Below are positions 12,001 to 27,552 of a stretch of DNA of 64,000 nucleotides, piece by piece. A model generated the notes under the pieces. It was not told the DNA's origin. It made no database searches and worked only from the letters and a program-made list of their open reading frames with translations. How positions within the stretch are numbered: position 1 is the first letter of the stretch; each line of letters opens with the position of its first letter. Origin of the DNA: the human T2T-CHM13v2.0 reference genome, Homo sapiens; assembly GCF_009914755.1 (NCBI RefSeq), contig NC_060927.1, one strand, 5' to 3'. The position numbers were made by a program, and so were the translations under genes.

Positions 12001-13200
12001 TTCTTTCTCTATCTTCTTCTATAACTCCATAATACGTATATTGGTCTGTTTAATGATGTCTTATAGTCCCTTAGGCTTCCTTCACTTTTCTTTATTCTTT
12101 TTCTTGTTTACTTCCCTGACTCAATAATTTTAAATTGACCTTTCTTTGTGTTTTCTGATTTTATTCTTCTGCTTGACTGCGTTTGCTACTGAACCTCTCT
12201 AGTGAATTTTTCAATTCAGCTATTGTATTCTTTGGCATTAGCATTTTTGCTTTTTTTTTATGTAATTTCTCTTTGTTGATAGTCTTGATTTTGTTTATAC
12301 TTTGTTCTCTTGACTTCATTTAGTTGTGCATCTGTGTTCTTTTTTGGATCATTGAGCTTTAAGACAACTGTTTTTATTTCTTTGTCAGGTAATTTACAGA
12401 TCTCAGTTTCTTTGAGGTGGTTTCTGGCAATTTATTTGGTTCCTTTGATTGGGCTAGGTTTCCTTCTTTCTTTGACTGCTTTGTGGTTTTTTTTTTTTTT
12501 TTTTGGCTGAGTTTTTATGCAATTTTAAAAAACAGCTGCCTTTCCTAGTCTTTATGGACTGGCTTCTTATGGGGAAAGTCCTTCACCAACCAGCTTTTTT
12601 CAATATATGCCAGCTTCCTCATCAGCACCATTTAGCAGGTGAGAGATATCATTCCCTCTGGCACCTCTCCAAAATGCTGGAATATTTGAAGCATGTACTT
12701 CACTCTTCTCTCTCACTTCTGACGAAGAAACAAGTTGGATGTCTTTTCCCAATGGTGCTGAGTCATCCCAGTCTCTGTCTTTGGTACTGCTGGCCCTCTG
12801 GTGCCATAGCAATCTGTTTCTGTTCTCTTTTGCTTTTGTTGGCACCCAGAAATCTAACCTGTGCTGTTTCCATTAGTGCTCCAGGCAAGACAGAAACCCA
12901 TCCCTTGGGTGGCCCTCAGAAAAGTCAGAATGTTGGACTTACATTCCATGCTTCTCTTTTCCCCAGTCCGTTACCCTAAAAGCCATGAGCTGAATGGAGA
13001 TTTGCTGGCCTTAGGGACAGGTAAAGTAAAATGGTTCTTAATTATTTCAGTGAGGTTGTACTTGGCTTTGCGCTTGCCTGGAGTACTGCAACTTCTTAAC
13101 TGTTTTTTGAAGTTCCATACAGGTATTTTGGTTTGTATATTGTTTTATCAGTGTCTTTCTTGGGGGAATGAGGGCTGGGATTTCCTATACTGCCATCTTG
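9065..13200 (-). mobile_element. Old L1M LINE block (degenerate ORF2 N-terminal half, ORF1, 5' region), interrupted by an Alu
   Basis: Minus-strand ORF MDKFLETYHLPRLN...KSPGADSFTAEFHQTFK is L1 ORF2-like; T-rich antisense L1 composition. Confidence 0.8.
9548..9866 (-). mobile_element. AluJ
   Basis: Poly-T plus antisense Alu dimer. Confidence 0.9.
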
Positions 13201-14004
13201 CCATCATCATTCTCAAGTTAACTTTTTTTGTTTCTTACAGGCTCTTTCTAACCTTTATTTTAAACTAATTTTAGACTAACAGAAAAGCTGTAAAAAATAA
13301 TACAGAATTTCCTTATACCCCTCATATCACCTCACCTGGTACAGTAATCGAAAGCAGGACATTAACATTGATACAGTTCTAGTAACTAGATTATAAATCT
13401 TATCAGTTTTCTCATAACGTTCTTTTTCTGCTCCAGGATCCAATCCAGGATTCTATATTGCATTTAGTTGTTAATCTCTTCTTAGTCTCCTCCAGTCTAC
13501 GAGAGTTCCTCATCCAAAGATGAGTCTGTGCTTGTCTTTCATGACTTTGGCACTTTTGAGGAATAATGGTGTTTATTTTGTAGATTGCCCCTCAGCCTGA
13601 GTTTGTGTGATGTTTTCTCGTGATTAGAGTGAGCTATGCATTTTTGGCAAGAATACGAGAGAAATGACATTGTGTACTTTTTATTGCATCATATCAAGGG
13701 GTCTGTGATACTGCTATGTCATAGTGGTGTTAACCTTGATCATGTAGTTAAGGTGCCAGGTTTCGCCTGTGAAGTTACTATCTTTCCTTTTGTAGTTGAT
13801 AGATATCTTGGGAGAGATATTTTCTAACTATAAGTATTCTGCGCATCTCCTCAACCTTTCACTTACTAACTTTAGCATCTCTCAGTGGTTTTCTTCTGTA
13901 GCAGTTACTTTGGGGTTTGCCTGATGATTCAAATTAATTTTTGTGTATCATATGAGATAGGGGGTTAGGTTCAATTATTTTCTTCATACGGAGATCTAGG
14001 AACA

Positions 14005-14390
<386 letters not shown>

Positions 14391-14711
14391 CTATTTCTGG
14401 ATTGTTTATTGGGTTCCATTCCTTTGTCTGTTTTTATACTAGTCTTAGACAATTTTGATTACTTTGGTTCTATAGTAAGTCTTAAAGTTAGGTGTTATTG
14501 TTTACATTTTCATATAAATTTTAGAATCAACTTGACAATTTTGTCAAAAGCTTGCTGGGACTTTGATTGGATGTTTATTGAATCAGTAGAATAGGAGTAT
14601 TGACATCATAGAATGTTTTATTTTATGAACATGTTGTATCTCTCCATTTATTTTGCTTTTCTTTAGTTTCTCCAAACAATGTTATGTAGTTTTCATTATA
14701 GTGGTTTTACA

Positions 14712-15070
14712 CAGTTAGGGCAGCTGTGACAAGATACTGTGTGACTTAAACAACATAAATACATTTCTTACAGTTCTGGTGCCTGGGAGGTTAGAGATCA
14801 GGGTGACAGCATGGTCTAGTTCTGGTGAGGGCCCTCTTTTAGGTTGACAGATGGCTGTCTTCTTCTTGTGTCCCATGTTACATTTTGGAGATCATAGAGA
14901 GGAAGCAAATTCTCTCTTGTCTCTTCTTAGAAGGCCATGAATCCTGTCATGAGGGCTCCACTCTCATGACCTAATTACCTCCCACCAGACCCATCTTCAG
15001 ATACTATCACATTGGTCATTAGGGTTTCAGCATATGAATTTTTGAGGACACAAACATTCAGTCTATAGCA
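14712..15070. mobile_element. MaLR solo LTR (MLT1A-like)
   Basis: cttacagttctgg...ttctggtgagggccctc...gacacaaacattcagtctatagca terminus. Confidence 0.75.
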
Positions 15071-15161
15071 TACATATTTTGTTAAATTTATTTCCACACT
15101 TTTTGACACTATTGAAAATGGAATTATTTTAACATTTTATTTTCCAATTATTTGTTGAGTA

Positions 15162-15492
15162 CAGGTTGAATATTCCTTATCTGAAATACTTGGGACCTAA
15201 AGTGTTTTGGATTTTGGATTTTTTCAGATTTTGTAATATTTACATATACATAATGAGATATCTTGGGGATAACACCCAAGTCTAAACACAAAATTTATGT
15301 TTCATGTATACCTTATACATGTAGCCTGAATAATTTTAAGTAGTATTTTAAATTATTTTGTGTATGAAACAAAGTTTGTGTACATTAAACCATCAGAAAG
15401 CAAAGGTCTCAGATATGGGATTTTCCACTTGTGGCATCATTCTGGCACTCAGAAAGTTTCAGAGTTTGGAGTATTTTGGATTTTTGGATTAG
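15162..15492. mobile_element. TcMar-Tigger MITE (Tigger4/MER46-like)
   Basis: ta-caggttgaatattccttatctgaaatacttgggacc start; ttttggatt internal repeats. Confidence 0.7.
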
Positions 15493-15829
15493 TGTATGTA
15501 GAAATATAAGTAATTTTGTACATGTTGTATATGTTTTGTACCTTTTATATTTTACATATTTTTGTATGTTTAGTTTGTATCCTGTAACCTTTCCACTCTT
15601 ATTAGCTCTAGCAGATATTCTGAAGATAGCTTAAGATTTTCCATGAAAACAATTAATTACCTGAAAACTGAGTTTTACATCTTTTTAGAATTGTTTGCTA
15701 TTTCTGTAGTTTTCTCGGCTCATTGCAGTGTCTAGGATCTACTTCTATGCTGAAGAAAAGTGATGAACGTGGGCAAACTTGCCTTTTTTCCTATCTTAGG
15801 AGGAAAGTATTCAGTCTTTGGCTTTAATT

Positions 15830-15914
15830 TTTTAAATTTTTTTATTTTTGTCTTTAATAATTTTTTGTTTATATATATATTTTTATTATACTTTAAGTTC
15901 TAGGGTACATGTGC
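15830..15914 (-). mobile_element. Extremely truncated L1PA 3' end
   Basis: T-rich tail plus ttattatactttaagttctagggtacatgtgc only. Confidence 0.75.
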
Positions 15915-16714
15915 TTTTAAATATATATTAACTAAGTTTCTTGTGGTTGCCTTTTATAAGACTGAAGAAGAACACCACCATATTTCTTATTTGCTGGGAA
16001 TTTGTTAGTACCAATCACTGTTGGTTTTTGTTAAAAGCTTTTTCTTTATCTAGTGGGATGATTATGGTTTATTTTTGAATACATTTTCGTCTTTTTTTGG
16101 TTGTCACTTATCTCTTGATTTTTTTGTCTGACTTTGTTAGTCATTTCTATGTACTGAAGACCCCATGGTCAGCGTGATTTTTGTTTTATTGCCTAATGTG
16201 GAATTGAAATAATGTGGATATGTTCATTTTGTACCATACCCAAAACACCCATTGTGTGTGGGTAGCATTGAGGGATTTGAAGTGACAGATGTACTCATGA
16301 ACTTGGTACTCCCAAAATATTTCCTGTTGCTGTTCACTCTCCGGGTTCTTTTGCATGAATATTTTTTCTTTCATAGTGGTATACTTTGCTTTTGATTCAA
16401 GATGTCAAATTGAAGACATTTTGTGAATGTGACATGAGGTAATTGTTGCCTCATGATTTCTTGAAACTGTACACCTGTAGACTACAAGTGTAAAGGGTGT
16501 TAGGGAAGAGATCAATTATTGTATATTAGAGAAAATTAGGAAAATTTTTGTTAATAATGTATTAGAACAAGTAACAAATATTTATTAATTTGAAAAAGTA
16601 ATATAATTTTAGAAAATGCATTTATCTAGTAAAATAATATACTGAACGTACGTTGCACACTGTAAAGGCCAGCATAAATGCTATTGTTTTCTTTAGAAGT
16701 CATTTTATTATATT

Positions 16715-17010
16715 TTATTTATTCATTTGAGACAGAGTGTTGCTCTGTCACCTGGGCTGGAGTGCAGTGGTGCAATCTTGGCTCACTGTAGCCTTTACCT
16801 CCTTCACTCAAGGTATCCTCCTACCTCAACCTCCTGGGTAGCTGGGACTACAGGTACACACCGCCACACCCAACTATGATTTTTGTATTTTTGGTGGAGA
16901 TGGGGTTTCACCATGTTGCCCAGGCTGGTCTCAAATTCCTGAGCTCAAGCGATCCCCCTGCCTTGGCCTCACTAAGTGCAGGGATTACAGGTATGTGCCA
17001 CCCTACCCAG
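16715..17010 (-). mobile_element. AluJ
   Basis: Antisense Alu dimer. Confidence 0.9.
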
Positions 17011-19996
17011 ATCATTTAAATTATTATTTCTTTGTATTACATACTAGAACATACTTGTGAATTTACTTCTAATTTATCATATTTTAGTAGTTTAACAGAC
17101 TTTTAAAAAAGGCTTAATTATCATTTCTCCATGCTTTTATCTGAGGACCAAAGGACAGCGTGTCTGATGATATTTTTCTGGTACCCTTTTCTCGATTATT
17201 GGGTAGAAAGATTGGACTACATTTTAACATTGTAGTACTCTTTATGTTATTTCTTCAACTTGAAAAATGCTGAGTTTTTTGAACTTAAAAATTAGGTTAG
17301 TCTCTTTAAAATTGCAAGATTGCTATTCCATTCATGTGACAGTGACCACATGATCCCTATTCACATAACATCTAAGTAGTAAATATCTGAGAATCACAAT
17401 TAATTTTATACTGGATGAGCTATCCTTTCCTTGTTTTTGTAGTTTTTCCTTTTCTCAAATATTACCCTCATTGTATTGCACTATTAAATTTTACAGCTGT
17501 TTTCTAATCAATGAACAAAGTCAGATCCCCTTCAGAATTCATTTATTTGTAATCCTTCAATTTGTCCATGAACAGGAATAAATCTTTGGCAACTCTATTA
17601 GAAAATGATTAAGTATGCCCAGTACGTTGGGATCAGCCTAGAAATAGACTTAAATGTAGTTTTGTTCTTGGAAATCCTCTAGTTTTGAGATGAGTGTAGA
17701 GTTCGACTTCTGGAATAAACGGATATCTGGAAACTAGAAGATGAAGTAAGAAGAGAATTTCTTTAAGGAAAATATGAATGTTACATTTATTCTAACTCAT
17801 TTTATTTTTATTGTGAATGTATTGAATGTCCCTTTCATATCCAAATGTAATATGAAAAACTAATTTATTGTTTAAAGTTTAAACTATGCATGAAACAGTT
17901 ATTGAATTTTAAATTGGGGATCACTTTAATGAAAACATTTTAATATCTAATTATGAAAATTATAGAAATGATCCAGTTGATTTTCTATTTTTATTTTATT
18001 CTTTTATTAACCTATTGATCTTTATTTTGTCTTGTATCTGAAAATGAGAACAAAATATGTGCTTAGAGAGCAATTATTTATTTTATTGAGGACATATCTT
18101 AAAAGTCAAGAAGTGAAGCTGCTTGGTAATGCTATAAATTTAAAACTGTCCTACAGCAAGACAGTACGATGCAAATATGACTAAATAAGATCACAAACTG
18201 AATTTCAGTGAAACAACCAAGATTTACATTAAATTAGGAATTTTAAAACCAATTTAGTTTGTTTTACTGAGCATTTGCTTAATAACATTTTGCCTTCTTG
18301 CAATCTTTTTAAAGACAATAATTCGTCTGTGAAATGCAGGCATATCTTCAGTAGAAAAATTGAAAGCAACAGCTCACTTTCTGAAACCACACATATGGCG
18401 ATATAAAGAAATATTTCAGCTCTACAAAATTTAATAAATCATCCCATTTCCTAATTTGATCATATTAGATGCTGATGTGGAAGAAGCATTTCAAATACCA
18501 TCTTCTCATTAATATACATCAGTCTGGGGAATAGAATGGAATACTTATGCAGAGATGTCACAGTTACTGTTTCTTAGTTTACTAAGTGGAACAGGTTGAA
18601 GTGATTCTGGGTGCTATTTGTCAATGTCTTGTTAAAATGGTTTGGGTCGAGTTATGGAGTCCAGAAAGACGGCGGCTGATAAATCAAAAGTGGATTGAGT
18701 GGACAGGAGGCAGTGATTGATACTGTGACAGGATATGAAGAAAGGAACCTTGATACAAGCATGCATGATATTGAATATGAGAAAGAAAATGGCCCTGGAG
18801 TATGGATATTATTCAAGGAAATGAGAATAATAATAGCCTGAAAATATTGCTGAGTGAAGATTAGGATAGTTCTTATTAGAGCATAATACTTTACTAGGAT
18901 GGTAGGGATGAAATTATGTAAATATTTGTGTGAGAAGAATATTTTAACCTATGACTGAAGACTCTTTAATGATTATTTATTCTTTACAGTAGTTTTAGCT
19001 TCATTTTTTCCTAGCTAATTATTATACCGTGTATTTATAAGCATCCTAACTAGTAAATTAAAAATTTTTTTCTTTTAGATTATTTCAAAGATCATCTACC
19101 TTTACAACATGCTTTTATAGAATAATAGTATTCAGAGATTAAACTTGTTGTGTAAATAGTATTTTACTATCAGTTGGTTTTGACTTAGAAAATTGCATTG
19201 TTAACTTGAAGTGAAAATCTGCATTGCATAGTTTGCAGCATCCTTTAGATTAGTCATTTTGAATAGCAAATGAAAGATGCCTGACAGATGAGCCATTTCA
19301 CAAAGATCAAGGCTGTTATATACTGAATATTCTTTTGCGGAATTATCAGTGAAATGTTAGTTGATGTCACGGAGTTCTTGGTGGGAATCTTTTGATTAGT
19401 CTGACTTTTGTCCTTGGCAATGTGTAACTAGGAAGAACTTTCTTTTGCTTTCACTCTAAGAGTTCTATATCTAACACTGGCAGAAAAAGAGGTTCTTTGG
19501 AAAGGTATTCAATTAACTTTTAATTATATAGTCTATGAGAGACAAAGAGATGTGGAGTTGTCACGTTAATTGTAACCATAATATTTGATTTTTATGTACT
19601 GTCTTGTCATCTTAAGTACTTAACACTATAGCACAATTTTTGTTAAGTGTGTAAAACATTTGAAATGAGGCACTGTGAAATATTTACCCAGGTGACTTAC
19701 ATCAGTGGTGATTAATTTATTGATAATTTTTTTCTAGCTTTTTATAAAGATTCTGGTAAATGTGCATAATACCCCTAAATTCCTTAAAACTAATTTAATT
19801 ACATAAAAGTTGTTATTTTTGGCTTATCATCTCAATATTTGATGAACCAAAATACCGTACCAGCTAATAACATAATATTTGAACTTAGTGTAAGTTCTTA
19901 ACTGTGCTGTTTACTGCCACATGTTGTTTTGTGAGGCTCAGAATGTGTTTTGGATATTAGCAGAAGAGAAGTAGTCATTTCCAAATTATAGTGTAA

Positions 19997-20305
<309 letters not shown>

Positions 20306-21470
20306 TATAGTGTAAATTTTTAATGTTTTTTTTTTCTGGAGTTTTCCCTCCAATTTTTTTCTTCACATGGTAGCCAAAATGCAATGCAAAATGCAAATCT
20401 GATAGGACCTCCTTTATTTCAGTGGTTTAGAATAAAACCCAAAATGTTGACAAGGCTTTAAGTCCCTTTGTGATCTGACTCCTTCCTGCCTTTTCAATCA
20501 CATCTTTCCAATGCTAGTCATACTTGTAGTGTTTAAACAGTTTTCTTTTCCTGTCTAAGGACCCTTGAACATGTGGTGGTTGCCTCTGCTCAAAATGTAC
20601 TTTTCTCCCACCCATGATCTGTAATTAATCTTTTAGGTCTTTACTTAAAGACATTTCCTTAGGCTGGGATTTCCTTAGGCAGAATTTTAGCAAGCATGGT
20701 AAAGCAGAGCCCACCTTGTCAAGGAAACATGGATATGCATGCAGTCTTACTCATTTTCAACGTATAGATTGAGCTGTAAGCTTGATCATAATCACTCCTT
20801 ACTTAATTTGCATTTCTACCATGTAGAAACTAATTTGAAATTATAGAAGGTGGCATTACAGACAAGAGATAGCATGGAAAGAGCTCTGAATCAGCCTGAG
20901 TCTCAGTATCTTCATGTATAAAGTATTATGCTCATTCTAGTTCTAATTTGATTCGAAATTACATGAAAATAAGTTTCATAATGTATATTATTTAAATTAT
21001 TTTAAAATATCATTTTTAAGTTTTTTAAAAAACTAATTAGATGTACCTATTATTTTGCCATGTTACCATGCTCTAAAATAGTTATAATTAAATCCGCTAA
21101 AAGGAACTGAACAATTACATTGATGCTATTGCTTGCTTGGTAAACTTCTACTTGCTCCCCTACAGAGCTCTAGTTTGCACTGAGCTAAATTCTTATTCTG
21201 TTGTATATTTGTAATGAAAATGCTTTTTGTATGTGAGTTTTTGTTTATCTGATTAATAGCTTTCAGAGGTGGCTGTGAGGTCTTATAGAGGTACAGAATT
21301 TTTAGGGCTAAAAGGTTATTTTATACTATTTCTTTTAGGTGAGGAAGCTAAGACTAGAGAAGATAAGGTAAGCAAGTAATGGTGGCAGAAATGGTTCTGT
21401 TCAGTGTGTGGTGACTTTATGGTTTTCTTTTTGCAGAGTGTTTTTTCTTTTTTTTCCTTTCCCCCTCCAG

Positions 21471-21572
21471 TTTTTCAATGGGTGTGGAGATCATGCAGGA
21501 GCAATAGAGAAAACGAGAAAATTGTGGACGAGCAAAACTGGGCAACATTGTTCTTGGACAGATAGTCTGAAA
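21471..21572 (+). other. Candidate cryptic (poison) cassette exon, 102 nt
   Basis: Long pyrimidine tract + CAG (21440-21470), donor AAA|gtgagc (21573), in-frame TAG at 21505 if spliced to exon 3. Confidence 0.4.
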
Positions 21573-22366
21573 GTGAGCCGTTTGCTTGAGGATAATAAGT
21601 TGAGTGTAAGATGGGTCACACATATAAGTACAAGAGGTTATCAATTCAAGTTCTAAAAATCTGCTCTGTTCTTGTAAGGACACTATTAAATAAATGTGTG
21701 TTTCTATCGTTCTTTCATTTACCTGAGGTAGTCCATTTTAATAAAATTTATCCAAAATAAAGAAGCCCAGACCATGAGTCTAACCATGCATGCAGTTAAT
21801 TTTTATTCAGGTCACTATTTATTTTCATTATTTCCTCAACTGGAATGAGCAGCACTTTTACACTGACATGCAAAACAGATGGATTTTTGATTATTAAACC
21901 TATTGAATTAATAAGCTCATTTAAAAAATTGGGTATTCTCCCCTCACCTCACTTTCTATTTCTCAGTCAAGTTGCTTTAATTAGGATTTTAATGTAATGT
22001 GTAATCTGAATATGGCAAAAAGTGAACTGTTAAGTATTATTTAGAAATCACTAAATTTTTGAATAAAAGATTCAGTGATTAATATTGAATAAAAGGTTTT
22101 ATGGAGATATATAATACTGACCCAATTAAATATATATATATATAATAACACTATTATTTTGCTATTTTGCTTTAAGATGATGCCCTTGCAGTTTTTAGGT
22201 ATTTTAAATCAGTTTTAAGGCTTTAAAGTCAAAATTCATTGTTTAGATCTAAAAGGAATATTGTAAAAATTAATTAGTTGACCTTATTTCCAAAAATTAG
22301 TAGATTCAGAATACTGAAGTTCTTAGTTGGCAGAAGAACTCTATTGTCTAGTGACAAAATAGGTGA

Positions 22367-22688
<322 letters not shown>

Positions 22689-23843
22689 TAGATGATTTTT
22701 TCATAGACGTTTTTTCTCAGGTTTTTAACTGCAGTGCCATTTTAGTGTTTCACATCTTGACTCACATTGGAGCCCTTTGTTGCCCAGATACAATTAGGGA
22801 CCAGATTTCCACCTGGGATGGCAACCACATTGTGGGGACCTCTAGTTGGGGGCTCCTGAATTGACTGAATGTACCCTTTGTTGCTTAGCTAAGTTAGAGC
22901 TACTTTTCTGTTTTTCAGCTAAGTTTCCATGTTGTGCAGAGAGGGGCTATGACCTCAAATCAGCTGAGTGGATGATCTGTCCATGTTCAATTTCCATGGC
23001 TCCTCTTCACTGGTATAGATAACCAGACAGTGACTGCACTTCTTTATGCAATATTTAGCACAGTATCAAGTTGGAGACTTTAATATGTGCTTTTGGTTGA
23101 GGTGATTTTGTTTTGGCAGTACCAAATTTCTTGCTATTTCTTGTGCCTCATTTATGCAGCGTGACGGAAAGATTGAGAGAATTCTATGTGGGGTGTGCTT
23201 TGTTTCCTGGGCAGGGCCCAGCCCAGAGTTTACCAAGGTGGCTTGACATAAGCACTACTATTAGATTTAACTGACTACTAAGCAGTTTTATTGGGTGGCT
23301 CCTTGAATGTGGCAAACACTTAAATGCAGTCCCTGCTTTAAATGAACTTATTGTCACAAGATTTCCTTTTTATTTTTTCTCTATATCTTTGTTTACTTAT
23401 TCTTTTCCATCATTGTGTTATAACAAACTATAGAAAATAATGTTTCCTATATTCCATGATGTATTCAGGAGGAAAAGGATAATTCATTAAGTTAAAATTA
23501 TTTTCCCCAAGTCATTCCTGTGAAATTGCAGAATTGTAGAATCTTGCCAAAAAATTAATAATGATTACTTAAAATATTTAAGTAGTTTAAAAGTAGGTAA
23601 ACTGTTGTGTGTTTTATGGTGGGGTTGATTTTAAGTAAATAATTCCTTAATTATTCTCTTTACTTTCATTTTGTTTAGTCTATGTTTCACTCATTGTTTG
23701 GTGAGGAAGGGTCTAGAGTATTTATAAATCTGTTTCTTAAAAGATCATCATATTTGTTCTGTTTTCTAAAAACACTGCTTAATATTTGATGACATTTTCT
23801 TCTAGTACTTACTATAATTTTTTGAGAATGAATATTTTATTTT

Positions 23844-24144
<301 letters not shown>

Positions 24145-24336
24145 TTATTTTAATAAGCATGTTTATCTTGTGGGTGCTGCAAGCCTACAACTACATCAGG
24201 AAGTGCAGATAGTACCATACGAAACTGCATATTAAATTGTATGTTCCTGATGGTGGTGAACTTCAGTAACTTCTTGTGTGTGTTTAATACTTAGAATAAA
24301 CTGCATTCACAGAGACGTGAAATTAATAGCTAATGA

Positions 24337-24658
<322 letters not shown>

Positions 24659-26528
24659 TGAATATCCAATTAGTATTTTTTTTCTTTTTAAAATAAATAT
24701 GGGAAGGACATTTTGCATTCTAATCTTTCTTCCAAAGATTTGTGTTGAAATACATGGTAAATTTTTTCCTCACAGGATTATTGTGAGAAGAAGTTACAAA
24801 ATAACCTATTAGCATCCTCTACTCTATAAATTAATTTCTTCTCCAAACTTGAGATTTTGGGGTTTTCACTGGTTCTGTTATTTGTGAAATAATTTGTGTT
24901 CACCCTCTATCACTACCTCTTGCCTTTGGAATCTGTGCATTTTGAGTCAGTTACCTTTCAGCATTATTTTCAGGCTGTAGATTTAAAAGTTTTATAGTTC
25001 ACTTTCATACGGGAGGCCCCCAGCCCTTACCTTCCTAAAAATTTTATTTTCCTTACATGGATTGTCAGGCTCTTGTTAAGAAATGGTTTTATATAAAATA
25101 GACTTAGGTAGTATTTTGTTTTCTGTTTCCGATATGCACTCTGCTAATGGCCACTATTACCATTGGCCTTTCTGACTGTAACAGCACATTGGACATGTTA
25201 CTGTTCAGGAAACAGTATATAATGACTCCCAGATCTCTTTCCAGAGCTCTCTTATTTTATGAGTGTAATAATCCCTTCTCATTTATGAGTTTGCCTTATT
25301 TGGAATTCAGATCTAATGTAAATTTACTTCTGTACTGTATATGTTTTTCAGAACCTCTGCTGGACATCTGAGTCACTTGTTTCTACTTTTGTTCTTCTGC
25401 CAATTTCCTCTTAGGTGATTGGTCACATATATACTAAGTATCATGAAAATGTATTATATTTTATCATTGTGCTACGTGTACTACCATGTGGTATTTGTAG
25501 CCTTTGTGATATTGGGCAAGAAAAGATTAAAAAGAAACATTGTTTATGCTGTTAGAGATATTACTGCCCAGGTAAATGTCTAGTAGTGTTATATAAAGGA
25601 AAAGACTCTTCCTGCTAGAGAGGATTTAAAATGACTCTCCTGTAATCAAGCTTGAGGAATATTGACTATGGAAGCAAAGCTCTCAGGCACCAGAGAGCTG
25701 TAGTATCACGGAGCATTTTTATTAATTTATAAAACTGGTAACTAACATTTTGCCTCAAATGCTTTTTAAAAATCAAAGCTTTTTATAGGAATTAATAGGT
25801 ATGGATGTTTTTAAAGTCCCTATTTTGAGAAAATGTCTAAGCAAAGTCTAAGAATGGACCTTCAGACGAGGTGTGAATGAATTATAGCCAATAATGAAGT
25901 GTAAAGAGACTTTCAAAAGAAGTCCACAGCTTCTATTCCATGCTTTATCCAAAGGATGGAGAAAATTCCAGTTTTTTTGGATCATGGCAGGAAAATCTGG
26001 TTGCTGGTTGATTCTTAACCTTTCTTGGGTCACATCAGGTATAGTGTGATGTCAAAGGGTGAATCTGATGAGAAGTATGGATCATCTTTACGTAAAATTT
26101 CATATGTTTACATGCATAATTTTGCATGTTCTTTAACAGGATTCACAGAAGTCCTAAAACTCCATGGACCTCCTGGTTAAGGACACATTTATGCTAATGT
26201 CAGAAATATTCAAGCAGCTTTTAGAATTAAACTTAAATGACTATGCAAGTGTAAATATCTATGAGCTAAGGTAGGAGGCAGGTCCTTCCCAGTAACTAAC
26301 TACATCCTTTCCTTCTTATTTTAGCCCCATGTATTTACCTATTTCATCTTAAGTTCTAATACTACTTAAGAGTGTAGCTTATTACCAGTTTAGGGTAGAG
26401 AAATACCATTGGTAGCTATTCAGTGTCTTCTTTGTTCCCCGTATTTCATTTTAGGGAATATAAAGCATTTGTGAACCATTATAGATTGTTTTGCAATCTC
26501 ATTAAAAGATTAGGTTATGAGTTCTTTA

Positions 26529-26903
<375 letters not shown>

Positions 26904-27158
26904 TTATTATCCATTAAATCTATTATATTATGCTTACCTTCATTGTAGATTTTTGTTTCTTTATATATATCTCCCTAGTTTTTCTAATTGTTGATCTTTG
27001 TTAGTATTGACATTTCTCGTCATCTTCATATTAGAAGATTTCAGTATTGTTTCTTGTTCTAGATAACTTATAAAAATATTAAGTGGGTTGATCCTGTAGC
27101 CATCTTGGAATGGTTCATTGTGGAGTACTTTTGGAGTAGTTTATTTTTCGTACCAACG

Positions 27159-27552
27159 GTTAGTCCATTCTTGCATCACTTAAAAAGGAATACCTGAGAC
27201 TGAGTAGTATAGAGAAAAGAGGTTTAGTTTAGTTGGCTCACAGTTCTGCAGGGTAGATATGATGCATAGTGCCAACACCTGCTTCTAGTGAGGGCCTCAG
27301 GAAGTTTATAAACGTGGTGAAAGGTGAAGGGGGAGCCAGCACATCACATGGTGAGAGTGGGAGCAAGAGAGAGTAGGAAAAGTGTCACACCCTTTTAAAC
27401 AAACCAGATCTCCGTAGAACTCACTATCTTGAGGACAGCACCATGCCGTTCATGCCGTTCATGAGAGATCCACCCTGATGACCCATACACCTCCCACCAG
27501 GGTCTAAACTCCAACACTGGGGATTATATTTCAACATGAGATTTGGAGGGAT
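27159..27552. mobile_element. MaLR solo LTR (MST/THE1 family, MSTB-like)
   Basis: ttagtccattcttgcat...ggctcacagttctgcagg...ttcaacatgagatttggaggg. Confidence 0.8.

Noticed and set aside
12503-13268. 158-aa and 135-aa ORFs
   Set aside because: They lie in an old antisense L1 5' region, with non-ATG starts, no recognisable domain and no exon signals.
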